Assembly: GCA_029945195.1 (NCBI GenBank) | Contig: GCA_029945195.1_4117.1 | From: a phage | Strand: one strand, 5' to 3' | Length of the DNA stretch: 64,000 bases | Shown: piece after piece, positions 7,908 to 16,189 of the stretch | Numbering within the stretch: the first letter of the stretch is position 1 | Layout of the letters: each line of letters begins with the position of its first letter | The notes under the pieces: generated by a model | What the model was told of the DNA's origin: nothing | The model's database searches: none | What the model saw: the letters and a program-made list of their open reading frames with translations, nothing else | Made by a program: the position numbers and the translations under genes

Positions 7908-7977
7908 TTGACAAATTATGCCAGTACTGGCATAATACTTACATCAAGACGAGAACGTCACTAACCCATAGGGTGCA
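7908..7977 (+). promoter_or_regulatory. promoter TTGACA-17-CATAAT plus conserved motif CTAACCCATAGGGTGCA
   Basis: -35 7908-7913, -10 7931-7936, motif 7961-7977. Confidence 0.5.
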
Positions 7978-8234
7978 CAAATGTAACTGTATAATATTGA
8001 TCAAAAAATGATCTGATCAATACTTGTTCAATTTGCGTAAAGTAGTATAATTCTATGCAGTTGGTTAGACGAAAGGTTATGATTAGTAGTGGAAGTGTAT
8101 AAAAATTTTCATGGTGTGGTGTTCCGCACATATGGGGATGAATATGTCGTGTCGTATGGATTGGAAAAAGTAAAAACAAGTAATATACTTGTCGCGTTAC
8201 AGTACTATAGTAATTTTATAATGAGGTTAAAATA

Positions 8235-8492
8235 ATGGCTGTAGGATTCACGAAAGATGGGGCCGAGCAAGACGAGATTAACGCAGTGATTCAGGCCGCT
8301 GTTAACCACGCTAGAACGCAAATTAACGCACAAATAGAATCACTGATACATTGCCTCGACTGCGGCGATAAAATCCCTGAGAATCGCCGCCAGGCAGTTA
8401 AGGGGTGTAAGTACTGCATAACTTGCCAGGAGGATCATGATAGTATTTTTAAACGTCAACCGCGTAATTGTTGGCATAGATCTATGAGATAA
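8235..8492 (+). CDS. TraR/DksA-family C4 zinc-finger protein (85 aa)
   Basis: CLDCGDKIPENRRQAVKGCKYCITCQ matches the CxxC-x17-CxxC TraR/DksA C-terminal zinc finger. Confidence 0.6.
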   Translation: MAVGFTKDGAEQDEINAVIQAAVNHARTQINAQIESLIHCLDCGDKIPENRRQAVKGCKYCITCQEDHDSIFKRQPRNCWHRSMR

Positions 8493-8573
8493 AAAGTATT
8501 GACAGTACTGAAAGATAGTGTATACTGTATTACATCAAGGGGAAACGTCTTCCCCTACTAAGAGGAAATGAAA

Positions 8574-8762
8574 ATGGAAAACTTATCAAGTATTTTAGTA
8601 CAAGATGATTTCGGTAATCCTGGAAGTGCTATCATCGTTCGGGGCAATAAGGCAACGTTTGTTATTGCTGGTGGGCCTGTACAGCGTAGCATTAAAAACA
8701 ATGCAGTTACAATCAATAATGTTCGCTATCGCTTAGATAAAGAATTGATTCATAAACTTTAA
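8574..8762 (+). CDS. hypothetical protein (62 aa)
   Basis: track ORF 8568-8762 trimmed to ATG 8574 (SD AGAGGA 8561-8566); hairpin 8538-8556. Confidence 0.5.
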   Translation: MENLSSILVQDDFGNPGSAIIVRGNKATFVIAGGPVQRSIKNNAVTINNVRYRLDKELIHKL

Positions 8763-8848
8763 AAAAAGTATTTGACAAAGCATCGTAGTACTGTATAATA
8801 GTTTACATGAAGGGGAGAAATGATTCTCCCCACTAAGAGGAAAGAAAC

Positions 8849-9061
8849 ATGCAAGGTCAACTAATCGTTCGTAAATGGTCTGATACTAACGAAAAACCGT
8901 GGGATGTTCAATATATCGGACCAGACGGTGTTTCACGTTATCAACCTGGCGTAACGCATAGTACTGAGCAATATGCCGCCGCTCACCGTGAACGCCTGTT
9001 AGAATCTATGAAACAGGGATTCTGTGAAAAATTCATTCAAGATCATTGGCTGAAAGATTAA
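8849..9061 (+). CDS. hypothetical protein (70 aa)
   Basis: ORF track; promoter + hairpin 8812-8831. Confidence 0.6.
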   Translation: MQGQLIVRKWSDTNEKPWDVQYIGPDGVSRYQPGVTHSTEQYAAAHRERLLESMKQGFCEKFIQDHWLKD

Positions 9062-9080
9062 TATATAAGGAGTACAGCTT

Positions 9081-9173
9081 ATGCAAATGAATCCGATGAT
9101 TGTTGTGTTAGCTGTACTTATGATCATTCATGCCATCGTAGAAGTACTAACACAATCAGGAGTAATACAATGA
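9081..9173 (+). CDS. small hydrophobic membrane peptide (30 aa, not in track)
   Basis: hand-translated MQMNPMIVVLAVLMIIHAIVEVLTQSGVIQ; SD AAGGAG upstream. Confidence 0.45.
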   Translation: MQMNPMIVVLAVLMIIHAIVEVLTQSGVIQ

Positions 9174-9340
9174 TCCAGGTGGAATTATCAGTACTGAAAG
9201 ATCTGTTTTATCGGTTAGGCACTACTGGCGAATACCCTAAAGGGGATACTGCTAAACTATACATTGCATTGGATGTATGGCAACGTAATGAACTGGCTAA
9301 CGCCTGGCGTAAAGGTAAATCAGAGGGGATTGCAGCATGA
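9170..9340 (+). CDS. hypothetical small protein (56 aa, not in track)
   Basis: hand-translated; ATGA overlap with neighbours. Confidence 0.45.
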   Translation: MIQVELSVLKDLFYRLGTTGEYPKGDTAKLYIALDVWQRNELANAWRKGKSEGIAA

Positions 9341-9486
9341 AAGAATTTTTATTCGAAGTAGTGTTCCAGGGCGTAGGAAGTAACCAACTGATACGATCAA
9401 GTGGTTACAATGTTAACCAGGCATGGAATAACATTAAACAAATGTACCCGAACGCTATCACCTATCGCAACCCAAAACAAGTTTAA
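9337..9486 (+). CDS. hypothetical small protein (49 aa, not in track)
   Basis: hand-translated; ATGA overlap. Confidence 0.45.
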   Translation: MKEFLFEVVFQGVGSNQLIRSSGYNVNQAWNNIKQMYPNAITYRNPKQV

Positions 9487-9497
9487 AAAGAATTGAA

Positions 9498-9567
9498 AAA
9501 GGGATTGACTCCGGTCAGTCCCTTTGCTATTATATATTCATTGAAACAATCTAGCCCACAGGGTGCA
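9498..9567 (+). repeat. composite intergenic repeat, copy B
   Basis: hairpin 9498-9525 with embedded TTGACT 9505-9510 and TATTAT 9528-9533; motif CTAGCCCACAGGGTGCA 9551-9567. Confidence 0.6.
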
Positions 9568-9585
9568 TAAATGTATCTATTGTTT

Positions 9586-9593
9586 GCTGGTGG
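9586..9593 (+). other. Chi site GCTGGTGG
   Basis: exact octamer, intergenic. Confidence 0.6.
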
Positions 9594-9633
9594 CTAGTAC
9601 TATCAAGTACTGAAAACTATTTTTAAAAAGTAC

Positions 9634-9661
9634 TTGCATTGTACTTAGAATCAAGTATAAT
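9634..9661 (+). promoter_or_regulatory. sigma70-type promoter (TTGCAT-16-TATAAT)
   Basis: -35 9634-9639, -10 9656-9661. Confidence 0.55.
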
Positions 9662-9668
9662 GTTTTAC

Positions 9669-9741
9669 ATCAGGACGGGGAACGAAATAAGTAACCCCGT
9701 TAAGTAGTCCAGGAGTAAGACATACGAAAACCTCCCCTGAT
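9669..9741 (+). ncRNA. conserved ~75-nt structured leader element, copy 2
   Basis: about 90% identical to 631-705 with the same flanking promoters. Confidence 0.4.
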
Positions 9742-9748
9742 AAAATAG

Positions 9749-9777
9749 TTTGACAATAGAAATTAAACGAGTATAAT
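9749..9777 (+). promoter_or_regulatory. sigma70-type promoter (TTGACA-17-TATAAT)
   Basis: -35 9749-9754, -10 9772-9777. Confidence 0.6.
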
Positions 9778-9807
9778 ACTTACATCAACCACAAAGAGGA
9801 ATACAAA

Positions 9808-10008
9808 ATGAAACATTTTACTTTCGGTGTAGTAGGCTTTACAGTATCCAGCGGCGTTTATAAATCAGAACGCGGTGCTAAAAATGCAGCAAGTCGGGCG
9901 TATGGTTCACAGCGTGACTTACAGGTCGGTTATATTAGTAACATTAATAACATGTTTATTCCTGTTTCACAGCGTAAAGCGGGTAACATGAAATGGGAAA
10001 CAATTTGA
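9808..10008 (+). CDS. hypothetical protein (66 aa)
   Basis: ORF track; SD AGAGGA. Confidence 0.6.
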   Translation: MKHFTFGVVGFTVSSGVYKSERGAKNAASRAYGSQRDLQVGYISNINNMFIPVSQRKAGNMKWETI

Positions 10009-10097
10009 TAAAATAGTTTGACAATAGTTTTTAGTACTGTATAATATTTTACATCAAGTGGGGAATAGTTCCCCACCTAACAAAGAGAGAAATTAAA

Positions 10098-10373
10098 ATG
10101 CGGATTCTACTGACAGCTAACGAAATCGAGCAAGTACTGACTACTAACCTGGAACAATGGAAACGTGATGCAGATATCCAGGCGGTACAATGGCTTAACG
10201 ATAAGTTAACGCCGGATGACTTAAGCAAGATTGTAGATCCTCAATTCTACGAAGATATTCACGACACCGCGTTAAGCGTCGAGGATGTACTTGATAAGCA
10301 CTATATTGATACTGATTTACAGGTTTACGGTCGTAAAAACTTTATCACTATTCACGACATTTACAATACTTAA
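10098..10373 (+). CDS. hypothetical acidic protein (91 aa)
   Basis: ORF track; hairpin 10059-10077. Confidence 0.6.
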   Translation: MRILLTANEIEQVLTTNLEQWKRDADIQAVQWLNDKLTPDDLSKIVDPQFYEDIHDTALSVEDVLDKHYIDTDLQVYGRKNFITIHDIYNT

Positions 10374-10460
10374 GTATTGACAAAGTATCTTAGTACTGTA
10401 TAATAGTTTACATCAAGGCAGGGGAATGGTTCCCCTCCTAACTAAAAGAGAGAAATTAAA

Positions 10461-10784
10461 ATGGCTATGATCCTTACCCAGAAAGTAGAAATGAAAATTG
10501 TAACTTCCTTTGACATTAAAGTTAATCGGTGGACTGATAGCCACGGCAATACTTACCACTCATGCTACGTGTCTGCATTGATTGGTGACCGCTGGGAAGA
10601 CCTGGGACACGAAACATTTACTTACGGTTACGGCACACAAGGCGAGTACACTGGTTTGGAAATCATTAAGGAAACTGTAATAGGTTTCAACCCGAAAGAG
10701 AAAGTACTACACAGAATTGAGAAAGAGATCAACAAAGAAATTACAGTTCGATACTACGATGTAAAACGTAAGAAAGACATGTAA
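10461..10784 (+). CDS. hypothetical protein (107 aa), paralog of 4692-5015
   Basis: shared RWTDSHGNTYHSC / FTYGY / KRKKD motifs; hairpin 10420-10436. Confidence 0.65.
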   Translation: MAMILTQKVEMKIVTSFDIKVNRWTDSHGNTYHSCYVSALIGDRWEDLGHETFTYGYGTQGEYTGLEIIKETVIGFNPKEKVLHRIEKEINKEITVRYYDVKRKKDM

Positions 10785-10883
10785 TAGAATCCATTTAAAG
10801 TACTATTTGACATTGCCCAGATAGTACTTTATAATAGACTCTAACTTGTAGTACTAATTAACTTAACTAATAGGATGTACACC

Positions 10884-11279
10884 ATGATTACTAAATTCTT
10901 CGCTACCCGTGAACAAGCTCGCATCGTTGCCCGTGAAGAAGGTGAAACATTTAAAGACATGGGCAAAGATGCACCGAAAGGACAACGCTGGGCGGTACAG
11001 TTCAAAGAGATCTCTGATATTGTGAATTCACCTGAGCCTGTACTTACAGCAGCAGAACTAAAGCAAGCTCAAGAACTGGCTGAAGTACTGAACGCTCAAG
11101 ATGACTTTTTGAAAGGTTCTGATATTGAAGTTACAGTTAACGCAAATGCATGGACTCACGCGGATCACCTGGCAAACCTTAAGCGTCCAAGTGAACTGAT
11201 TCGTAACCAGAAAGAGATCCGTCATGACCGTAAAGGAAACCGTGTAACAGTATACAGTAAACGCCGCCAGGTTATCTAA
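10884..11279 (+). CDS. hypothetical protein (131 aa)
   Basis: track ORF 10875-11279; second ATG 10884 better spaced from AGGA. Confidence 0.55.
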   Translation: MITKFFATREQARIVAREEGETFKDMGKDAPKGQRWAVQFKEISDIVNSPEPVLTAAELKQAQELAEVLNAQDDFLKGSDIEVTVNANAWTHADHLANLKRPSELIRNQKEIRHDRKGNRVTVYSKRRQVI

Positions 11280-11302
11280 TAACTTTGCAGTACTAACAAC
11301 AC

Positions 11303-11327
11303 GGCGGGAACTATTCCCGCCTTTTTT
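11303..11327 (+). terminator. rho-independent terminator
   Basis: GGCGGGAA-CTA-TTCCCGCC then TTTTTT. Confidence 0.7.
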
Positions 11328-11341
11328 ATAGGATAAACAAA

Positions 11342-11596
11342 ATGATTAAGGTTCAACTATCAAACGATAATGTATTACGGGTACACTATAAAGCCCCACA
11401 GAGAATCATCACAAAGGCCGTACAGCTTGCTAATGAGTTTATTAATGGTAGTCTATTGCCTAGGAAGTTAAGCAACGGGAAACTACGTGTAATCGACGTA
11501 GACACTAACAATAGAATAGTGATCGAGAGTACTGGAAAAATTAATCTATATGAACACCAACAATACAATAAAAAAATAAAACTAATATCACGTTGA
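11342..11596 (+). CDS. hypothetical protein (84 aa)
   Basis: ORF track; SD AGGA. Confidence 0.55.
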   Translation: MIKVQLSNDNVLRVHYKAPQRIITKAVQLANEFINGSLLPRKLSNGKLRVIDVDTNNRIVIESTGKINLYEHQQYNKKIKLISR

Positions 11597-11621
11597 CAGT
11601 ACTCAAATGTTTTAGTATTAT
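11593..11621 (+). promoter_or_regulatory. promoter TTGACA-17-TATTAT
   Basis: TTGACAGTACTCAAATGTTTTAGTA block duplicated at 11874-11902. Confidence 0.5.
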
Positions 11622-11654
11622 GTATCTATACCAACACAGAGAGAGAGAAACAAA

Positions 11655-11873
11655 ATGAAATTATCTAAAATCGAAAAGAAAACTATTGATGAAGCAGTGA
11701 AGCACGGTTATACCTTTCGTAATGATTCACACTTCACTAGTTTTCAACAGGGAAACCGTACCATCAAAAAACTCATTGATAAAGGTTTACTCACTAAGGT
11801 TGATAACGGGAACGGTGTAGAATATCAACCGACAGAAGACGCATTATCACTAAAGAAATATTCTATTATCTAA
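11655..11873 (+). CDS. hypothetical protein (72 aa)
   Basis: ORF track. Confidence 0.55.
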   Translation: MKLSKIEKKTIDEAVKHGYTFRNDSHFTSFQQGNRTIKKLIDKGLLTKVDNGNGVEYQPTEDALSLKKYSII

Positions 11874-11902
11874 TTGACAGTACTCAAATGTTTTAGTACT
11901 AT
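11874..11902 (+). promoter_or_regulatory. promoter TTGACA-17-TACTAT (duplicate of 11593-11621)
   Basis: near-identical 30-nt block. Confidence 0.5.
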
Positions 11903-11930
11903 GTACGCATACCAACACGGGGAAAACAAA

Positions 11931-12173
11931 ATGATTACTTTAGAAAAACGTATCAAAGAGACTACAACGCTGGTGGAACTGTTAACCGTTCTTAAATGCC
12001 GGGTAACTCCATTCAGTACACCGGACTTTATCAACATGGTGGACGTTAACGGTCGATATCGTATTGCGGTCGAACAAGGTACGGCAAAAGTATTCAGTAC
12101 TAAAAATACGCGTGAAGTATTCCACGCAGTTCAAGTAAAAAAAGTAGTTGCCATTGATAGTAAAGTACTGTAA
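11931..12173 (+). CDS. hypothetical protein (80 aa)
   Basis: track ORF 11874-12173 trimmed to ATG 11931 (SD GGGGAAAA). Confidence 0.5.
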   Translation: MITLEKRIKETTTLVELLTVLKCRVTPFSTPDFINMVDVNGRYRIAVEQGTAKVFSTKNTREVFHAVQVKKVVAIDSKVL

Positions 12174-12204
12174 TATAGTTTCATTAACTCAAGGAGTCAA
12201 CACA

Positions 12205-12789
12205 ATGCGTAACTATACTAAATTCATCCGTTCACTTCATGCAATGGAAACCAACAAAGAGATCCTTTCAGCTTGTCGGTTAGCTGGACTGGAGATCGTC
12301 GGTGCGGGTTCTTCCCGTATTGTATTCGCTTTAAATGATCGGTTAGTGATTAAGGTCGCGAATTGTGATGCGGGTGTAGAACAAAATGAAACTGAATGTA
12401 AGGTATGGAATTTTTTAGATTATGACCGTCCGCACCTTAAACAGTACTTTGCTAAAGTGCATATGCATTTATGCGATCCTGATAATCTGTTTATTGTTAT
12501 GGATCGTTTGAGTACTGCAAGCAAAGGCAGTGTAAAGCATGTAAACGCGTGCAATGAGTTAAAGTACAATATTAAACGTAATACGGTAGAACGCCATCAC
12601 CATTTCGCTGATGCTCTCAATCACGTTGATGATACATTATCCACACTAACGATAAGAGATATCAGAAAACAGAATATCGGCCAGGATCGCAACGGCTTGA
12701 TTAAAGTACTTGATTACGGTTTAACCCGCAATATCTGGAATCAGTACTATAAAAAACGTGATGTTAACGCGATAACTATAACACGATAA
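12205..12789 (+). CDS. minimal eukaryotic-like protein kinase fold (194 aa)
   Basis: track ORF trimmed to ATG 12205 (SD AAGGAG); Gly loop VGAGSSRIVF, LVIKV lysine, hinge FIVMDRL, catalytic loop IRDIRKQNIG, DYG; C-lobe subdomains VIII-XI absent. Confidence 0.55.
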   Translation: MRNYTKFIRSLHAMETNKEILSACRLAGLEIVGAGSSRIVFALNDRLVIKVANCDAGVEQNETECKVWNFLDYDRPHLKQYFAKVHMHLCDPDNLFIVMDRLSTASKGSVKHVNACNELKYNIKRNTVERHHHFADALNHVDDTLSTLTIRDIRKQNIGQDRNGLIKVLDYGLTRNIWNQYYKKRDVNAITITR

Positions 12790-12800
12790 AAAAGATTAAA

Positions 12801-12875
12801 AAAGGGATTGACTCCAGTCAGTCCCTTTGCTATTATATATTCATTGAGAGATAACTCACTGACCCATAGGGTGCG
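12801..12875 (+). repeat. composite intergenic repeat, copy C
   Basis: hairpin 12801-12828 with embedded TTGACT 12808-12813 and TATTAT 12831-12836; motif CTGACCCATAGGGTGCG 12859-12875. Confidence 0.6.
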
Positions 12876-12930
12876 GAAGTGTATCTATTATATAAGTATT
12901 CAGTACTGAAAACTATTTTATAAAAAGTAC

Positions 12931-12958
12931 TTGCAAACTATCTCAATGAGCGTATAAT
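12931..12958 (+). promoter_or_regulatory. sigma70-type promoter (TTGCAA-16-TATAAT)
   Basis: -35 12931-12936, -10 12953-12958. Confidence 0.6.
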
Positions 12959-13013
12959 GTTTTATATCGAGAGGGGGAAATGGTTCTCCCTGGTACTAAA
13001 AGGAATCAAGACG

Positions 13014-13235
13014 ATGACTACTATGACATGCGTTCACGCTTCAAATCTTCTGAATGATGCAGCATTTAAAGCAGGTGAAGAATATCAATGCTATCGGGAT
13101 GAAAATAAAAAAGTTTTCGTCGTTGATGCTAACGGTTTCCATATTGAATTACAATCCGGCTTCACTGGTTTAAATGGTAAATCAGTATGGGGCGTTAATG
13201 ATGATAATGGTCTTTATCACTTTATCCGTAATTAA
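13014..13235 (+). CDS. hypothetical protein (73 aa)
   Basis: track ORF 12957-13235 trimmed to ATG 13014 (SD AAAGGA). Confidence 0.55.
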   Translation: MTTMTCVHASNLLNDAAFKAGEEYQCYRDENKKVFVVDANGFHIELQSGFTGLNGKSVWGVNDDNGLYHFIRN

Positions 13236-13318
13236 GTATTGACAAAGTATATCAGTACTGTATAATAGTTTACATCAAGGGGAGAATAGTTCTCCCCACA
13301 ATAAAAGGAAACAAAATT

Positions 13319-13591
13319 ATGTCCAGCTACTCCGCTACTATGATTATTAAAGATATGAACGGTAATCCTACTTCTGCTGGTGGATCATTTGGTAACATTA
13401 ATTTAGATGGGCGGTTATCAATTGAATCAGCCATCAATGCCGCGAAAGAAGTTTTTAAGAATGAATGTACTGTAAGCAAACTGGATTATATGGGCTTCGC
13501 TATCGAGAAAACTAATCGTTTTGTGGACTACAAAAAACCACTGATGATCGATACTAACCTGAAAGCTAACGAAGTGGAATACTTATTATGA
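13319..13591 (+). CDS. hypothetical protein (90 aa)
   Basis: ORF track; hairpin 13279-13297; contains in-frame Chi 13376-13383. Confidence 0.6.
   Translation: MSSYSATMIIKDMNGNPTSAGGSFGNINLDGRLSIESAINAAKEVFKNECTVSKLDYMGFAIEKTNRFVDYKKPLMIDTNLKANEVEYLL
13376..13383 (+). other. Chi site GCTGGTGG (inside CDS)
   Basis: exact octamer. Confidence 0.55.
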
Positions 13592-13779
13592 CAGTTGAAG
13601 AAGTTAAAAAAGTACTGGCAGTACTACGCTATCATAATCATTGCAAGGTGAAGAATGATCCTGATTATGTTGATTCATCCCTGGAGGAAGACACCTTAAA
13701 CGCGATAAGCTATATGCAAACATTAGCAAAGCGTATGACCGAAAAGAATAGGCCGGACTATATCGGAAATAAAATTTAA
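13588..13779 (+). CDS. hypothetical protein (63 aa)
   Basis: ORF track; ATGA overlap with upstream gene. Confidence 0.5.
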   Translation: MTVEEVKKVLAVLRYHNHCKVKNDPDYVDSSLEEDTLNAISYMQTLAKRMTEKNRPDYIGNKI

Positions 13780-13867
13780 AAAGTACTTGCATTGTAGTTA
13801 GATTAACGTATAATGTTTTATATCGAGAGGGGGGAAATGGTTTCCCCTCAAGTCCAGGAGATACACC

Positions 13868-14131
13868 ATGAACACTATCGAAATCACTATCAATGCACAC
13901 GTATACGACAACGTAGTACTGCAAACTACTATGACCGCTAATGATACCAGTACTTTGCGGAATATCGTTATTAGTTCAGTATGTGCCGCTATCGGTGATG
14001 TTGCCCTGGAAAATGCAAAACACGTCAACGATGCCTTTACGATGTGCAAACGTGATAACTCAAAACATATCATCTGCGAAGGTTACGGCGGTGTAGAATA
14101 CAATGTTTATATGAAAAAAGTACTTGCATAA
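13868..14131 (+). CDS. hypothetical protein (87 aa)
   Basis: ORF track; SD AGGAG; hairpin about 13825-13847. Confidence 0.6.
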   Translation: MNTIEITINAHVYDNVVLQTTMTANDTSTLRNIVISSVCAAIGDVALENAKHVNDAFTMCKRDNSKHIICEGYGGVEYNVYMKKVLA

Positions 14132-14199
14132 TAACTAAAACAAAGTATAATGTTTTGCATAGGGGGAGATATCCTCCCCCACTAATAAGGAGTACTAAA

Positions 14200-14424
14200 A
14201 TGGCTAACTTTGATGAACTGATGCGGGAAGTAGCTACCCTGGCAGAAGAGAAGAAATCATTTGATTCTATCTATAACACCGCTTACAGTGATTCAGTACT
14301 GGCATGTACTCAGGATCAAAAAGATGAACTGATCGCCACCTATCATGAAGCATGGAAGTATTACCGCCAATGGGAGAAAGAAGAAAGCGAGTCTACCATC
14401 AACGGCATCAATAATCTAATCTAA
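14200..14424 (+). CDS. hypothetical protein (74 aa)
   Basis: track ORF 14155-14424 trimmed to ATG 14200 (SD AAGGAG). Confidence 0.55.
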   Translation: MANFDELMREVATLAEEKKSFDSIYNTAYSDSVLACTQDQKDELIATYHEAWKYYRQWEKEESESTINGINNLI

Positions 14425-14499
14425 AGTTTTATTTCAGTACTATTGACATAGCTTGATAGTACTGATGTAATAACTTTACTAACTACAAGGGGAAACATA

Positions 14500-14757
14500 A
14501 TGGAACAGTTCACACAATATCGGGTAAATCCTCAAGCTATGGCCTACGTAGAAGACCATAAAACATTACCAGTACAGACACCAATCAAAGGCCGTATCTA
14601 TCGTGCTATGCAGTGGAATAACGCCTATAATGGCTATAAAGCGGTATCCGCTGCAATGTACTTAGGGGATGGCGAATGGTTTGATCCAAATAATCCTGGT
14701 GCACTCGATAGTACTGAACAAATGACATGGGCCGACTATATCGAAGATATCTCATAA
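14500..14757 (+). CDS. hypothetical protein (85 aa)
   Basis: ORF track. Confidence 0.55.
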   Translation: MEQFTQYRVNPQAMAYVEDHKTLPVQTPIKGRIYRAMQWNNAYNGYKAVSAAMYLGDGEWFDPNNPGALDSTEQMTWADYIEDIS

Positions 14758-14845
14758 AAACTATTTGACAGTACTACAAGATAATGTATAATGTTTTACA
14801 TAGAGCGGGGGAATAGTTCTCCCGCACCTTTAGGAGTAAAACATT

Positions 14846-15046
14846 ATGTCAATCGCTAACGAATTGGTTGCAGTACTGAATGAAGCAAAAGCCAACTGCA
14901 TCGATGTACAGATCAAAGAGCTTGGCAATGGCTTGATCGGCTGTACTTGTTCCGTGCAAACGGCTACCGATTATCGGGAAGTGGAATCACTCGAATCACT
15001 GGTACGGTATATTAAAATCCTGGTAGAAGATTGGAGAATCATCTAA
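14846..15046 (+). CDS. hypothetical protein (66 aa)
   Basis: ORF track; SD AGGAG. Confidence 0.55.
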   Translation: MSIANELVAVLNEAKANCIDVQIKELGNGLIGCTCSVQTATDYREVESLESLVRYIKILVEDWRII

Positions 15047-15061
15047 CAAAAAAGAATAAAA

Positions 15062-15132
15062 AAAAGGGATTGACTCCGGTCAGTCCCTTTGCTATTATAT
15101 ACGCATAGACAAAAATTAGCCCACAGGGTGCA
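15062..15132 (+). repeat. composite intergenic repeat, copy D
   Basis: hairpin with embedded TTGACT 15070-15075 and TATTAT 15093-15098; motif TAGCCCACAGGGTGCA 15117-15132. Confidence 0.6.
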
Positions 15133-15175
15133 GAGAAGTATCTATAAGATAGTTAATAACGGTGAGTAACTATCT

Positions 15176-15183
15176 GCTGGTGG
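15176..15183 (+). other. Chi site GCTGGTGG
   Basis: exact octamer, intergenic. Confidence 0.6.
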
Positions 15184-15303
15184 ATGTAATGCCAGTACTC
15201 AAAACTATTTCAAAAAAAGTATTGACAAAGTATATCAGTACTGCAATAATGTATCTCGTAGGGCGGCAATGGTGCGACGGCCCACAAAGTTAGGAGATTC
15301 AAA

Positions 15304-15630
15304 ATGAGTACTTCAATCGCTATCGTTAAAGCTTTCATCCGTACCAATTTCGACCGCATTACTGTTGATGGTAATGATCGGGAAGTAGAATACTCTTTCA
15401 TCGTTGCACAAACCGCAAACGGTGCACGCTATATCTTAAACGATAGTGAAGCTAACCACTACTTCTATAATAAGGGATTACATTATATCCCTAGCGAAGT
15501 AGTCTACACTAAGATGAATAAGCTAGTAGACAAGATTAACGCAAAGGGTACTATAGATTTACAGTACTGGACCGAAACCGATCCAGAATACGGATCACAT
15601 CGTTACCTGAATCCAGGAATTAAAATGTAA
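15304..15630 (+). CDS. hypothetical protein (108 aa)
   Basis: ORF track; SD AGGAG. Confidence 0.6.
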   Translation: MSTSIAIVKAFIRTNFDRITVDGNDREVEYSFIVAQTANGARYILNDSEANHYFYNKGLHYIPSEVVYTKMNKLVDKINAKGTIDLQYWTETDPEYGSHRYLNPGIKM

Positions 15631-15719
15631 AAAGTACTTGCATTGTACTTAGAATCAAGTATAATGTTTTACATAGAGAGGGGGAAATGGTTCTCCCTCC
15701 TAAATTAAGGAGTTTTATC

Positions 15720-16121
15720 ATGACCTTCTCAATCACTTCCTTCGCTGACGTTTTAGTACTGGCTCGGACTTTTGGTAAAGATGCACTGGAGTACGCTGTA
15801 AGTAATGGCACTCTCCAACCGGAACAATGCCGCATCATTGGAAACTGCAAACGTTGGGCGGTATCCAATACTATTGCACTAGAAAACTTCAACGATGGTA
15901 ACAATGAGTATTCAGTTGATGCAGTATTCGAAGCCGTTGATCTTGGCGGTATCTATAACACTAACCTAAATGATGTGCGTATCGTTCGCACGGGGTTCGG
16001 TGCTTATGATGTATCTATCCGTGAAGCTATGAACACCGGATACATTAGTAAGGACTTACTTGCTCACATCATGCAGCTATGGACGGAACGTAACGAAGCA
16101 CGCACTATCTTAGGGCTGTAA
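15720..16121 (+). CDS. hypothetical protein (133 aa)
   Basis: track ORF 15687-16121 trimmed to ATG 15720 (SD AAGGAG). Confidence 0.6.
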   Translation: MTFSITSFADVLVLARTFGKDALEYAVSNGTLQPEQCRIIGNCKRWAVSNTIALENFNDGNNEYSVDAVFEAVDLGGIYNTNLNDVRIVRTGFGAYDVSIREAMNTGYISKDLLAHIMQLWTERNEARTILGL

Positions 16122-16189
16122 GCATTACACATCACCAAACATCATAGGCCGCTCTCTAGCGGCCTTAACTATATCAGGAGGGCATACAT

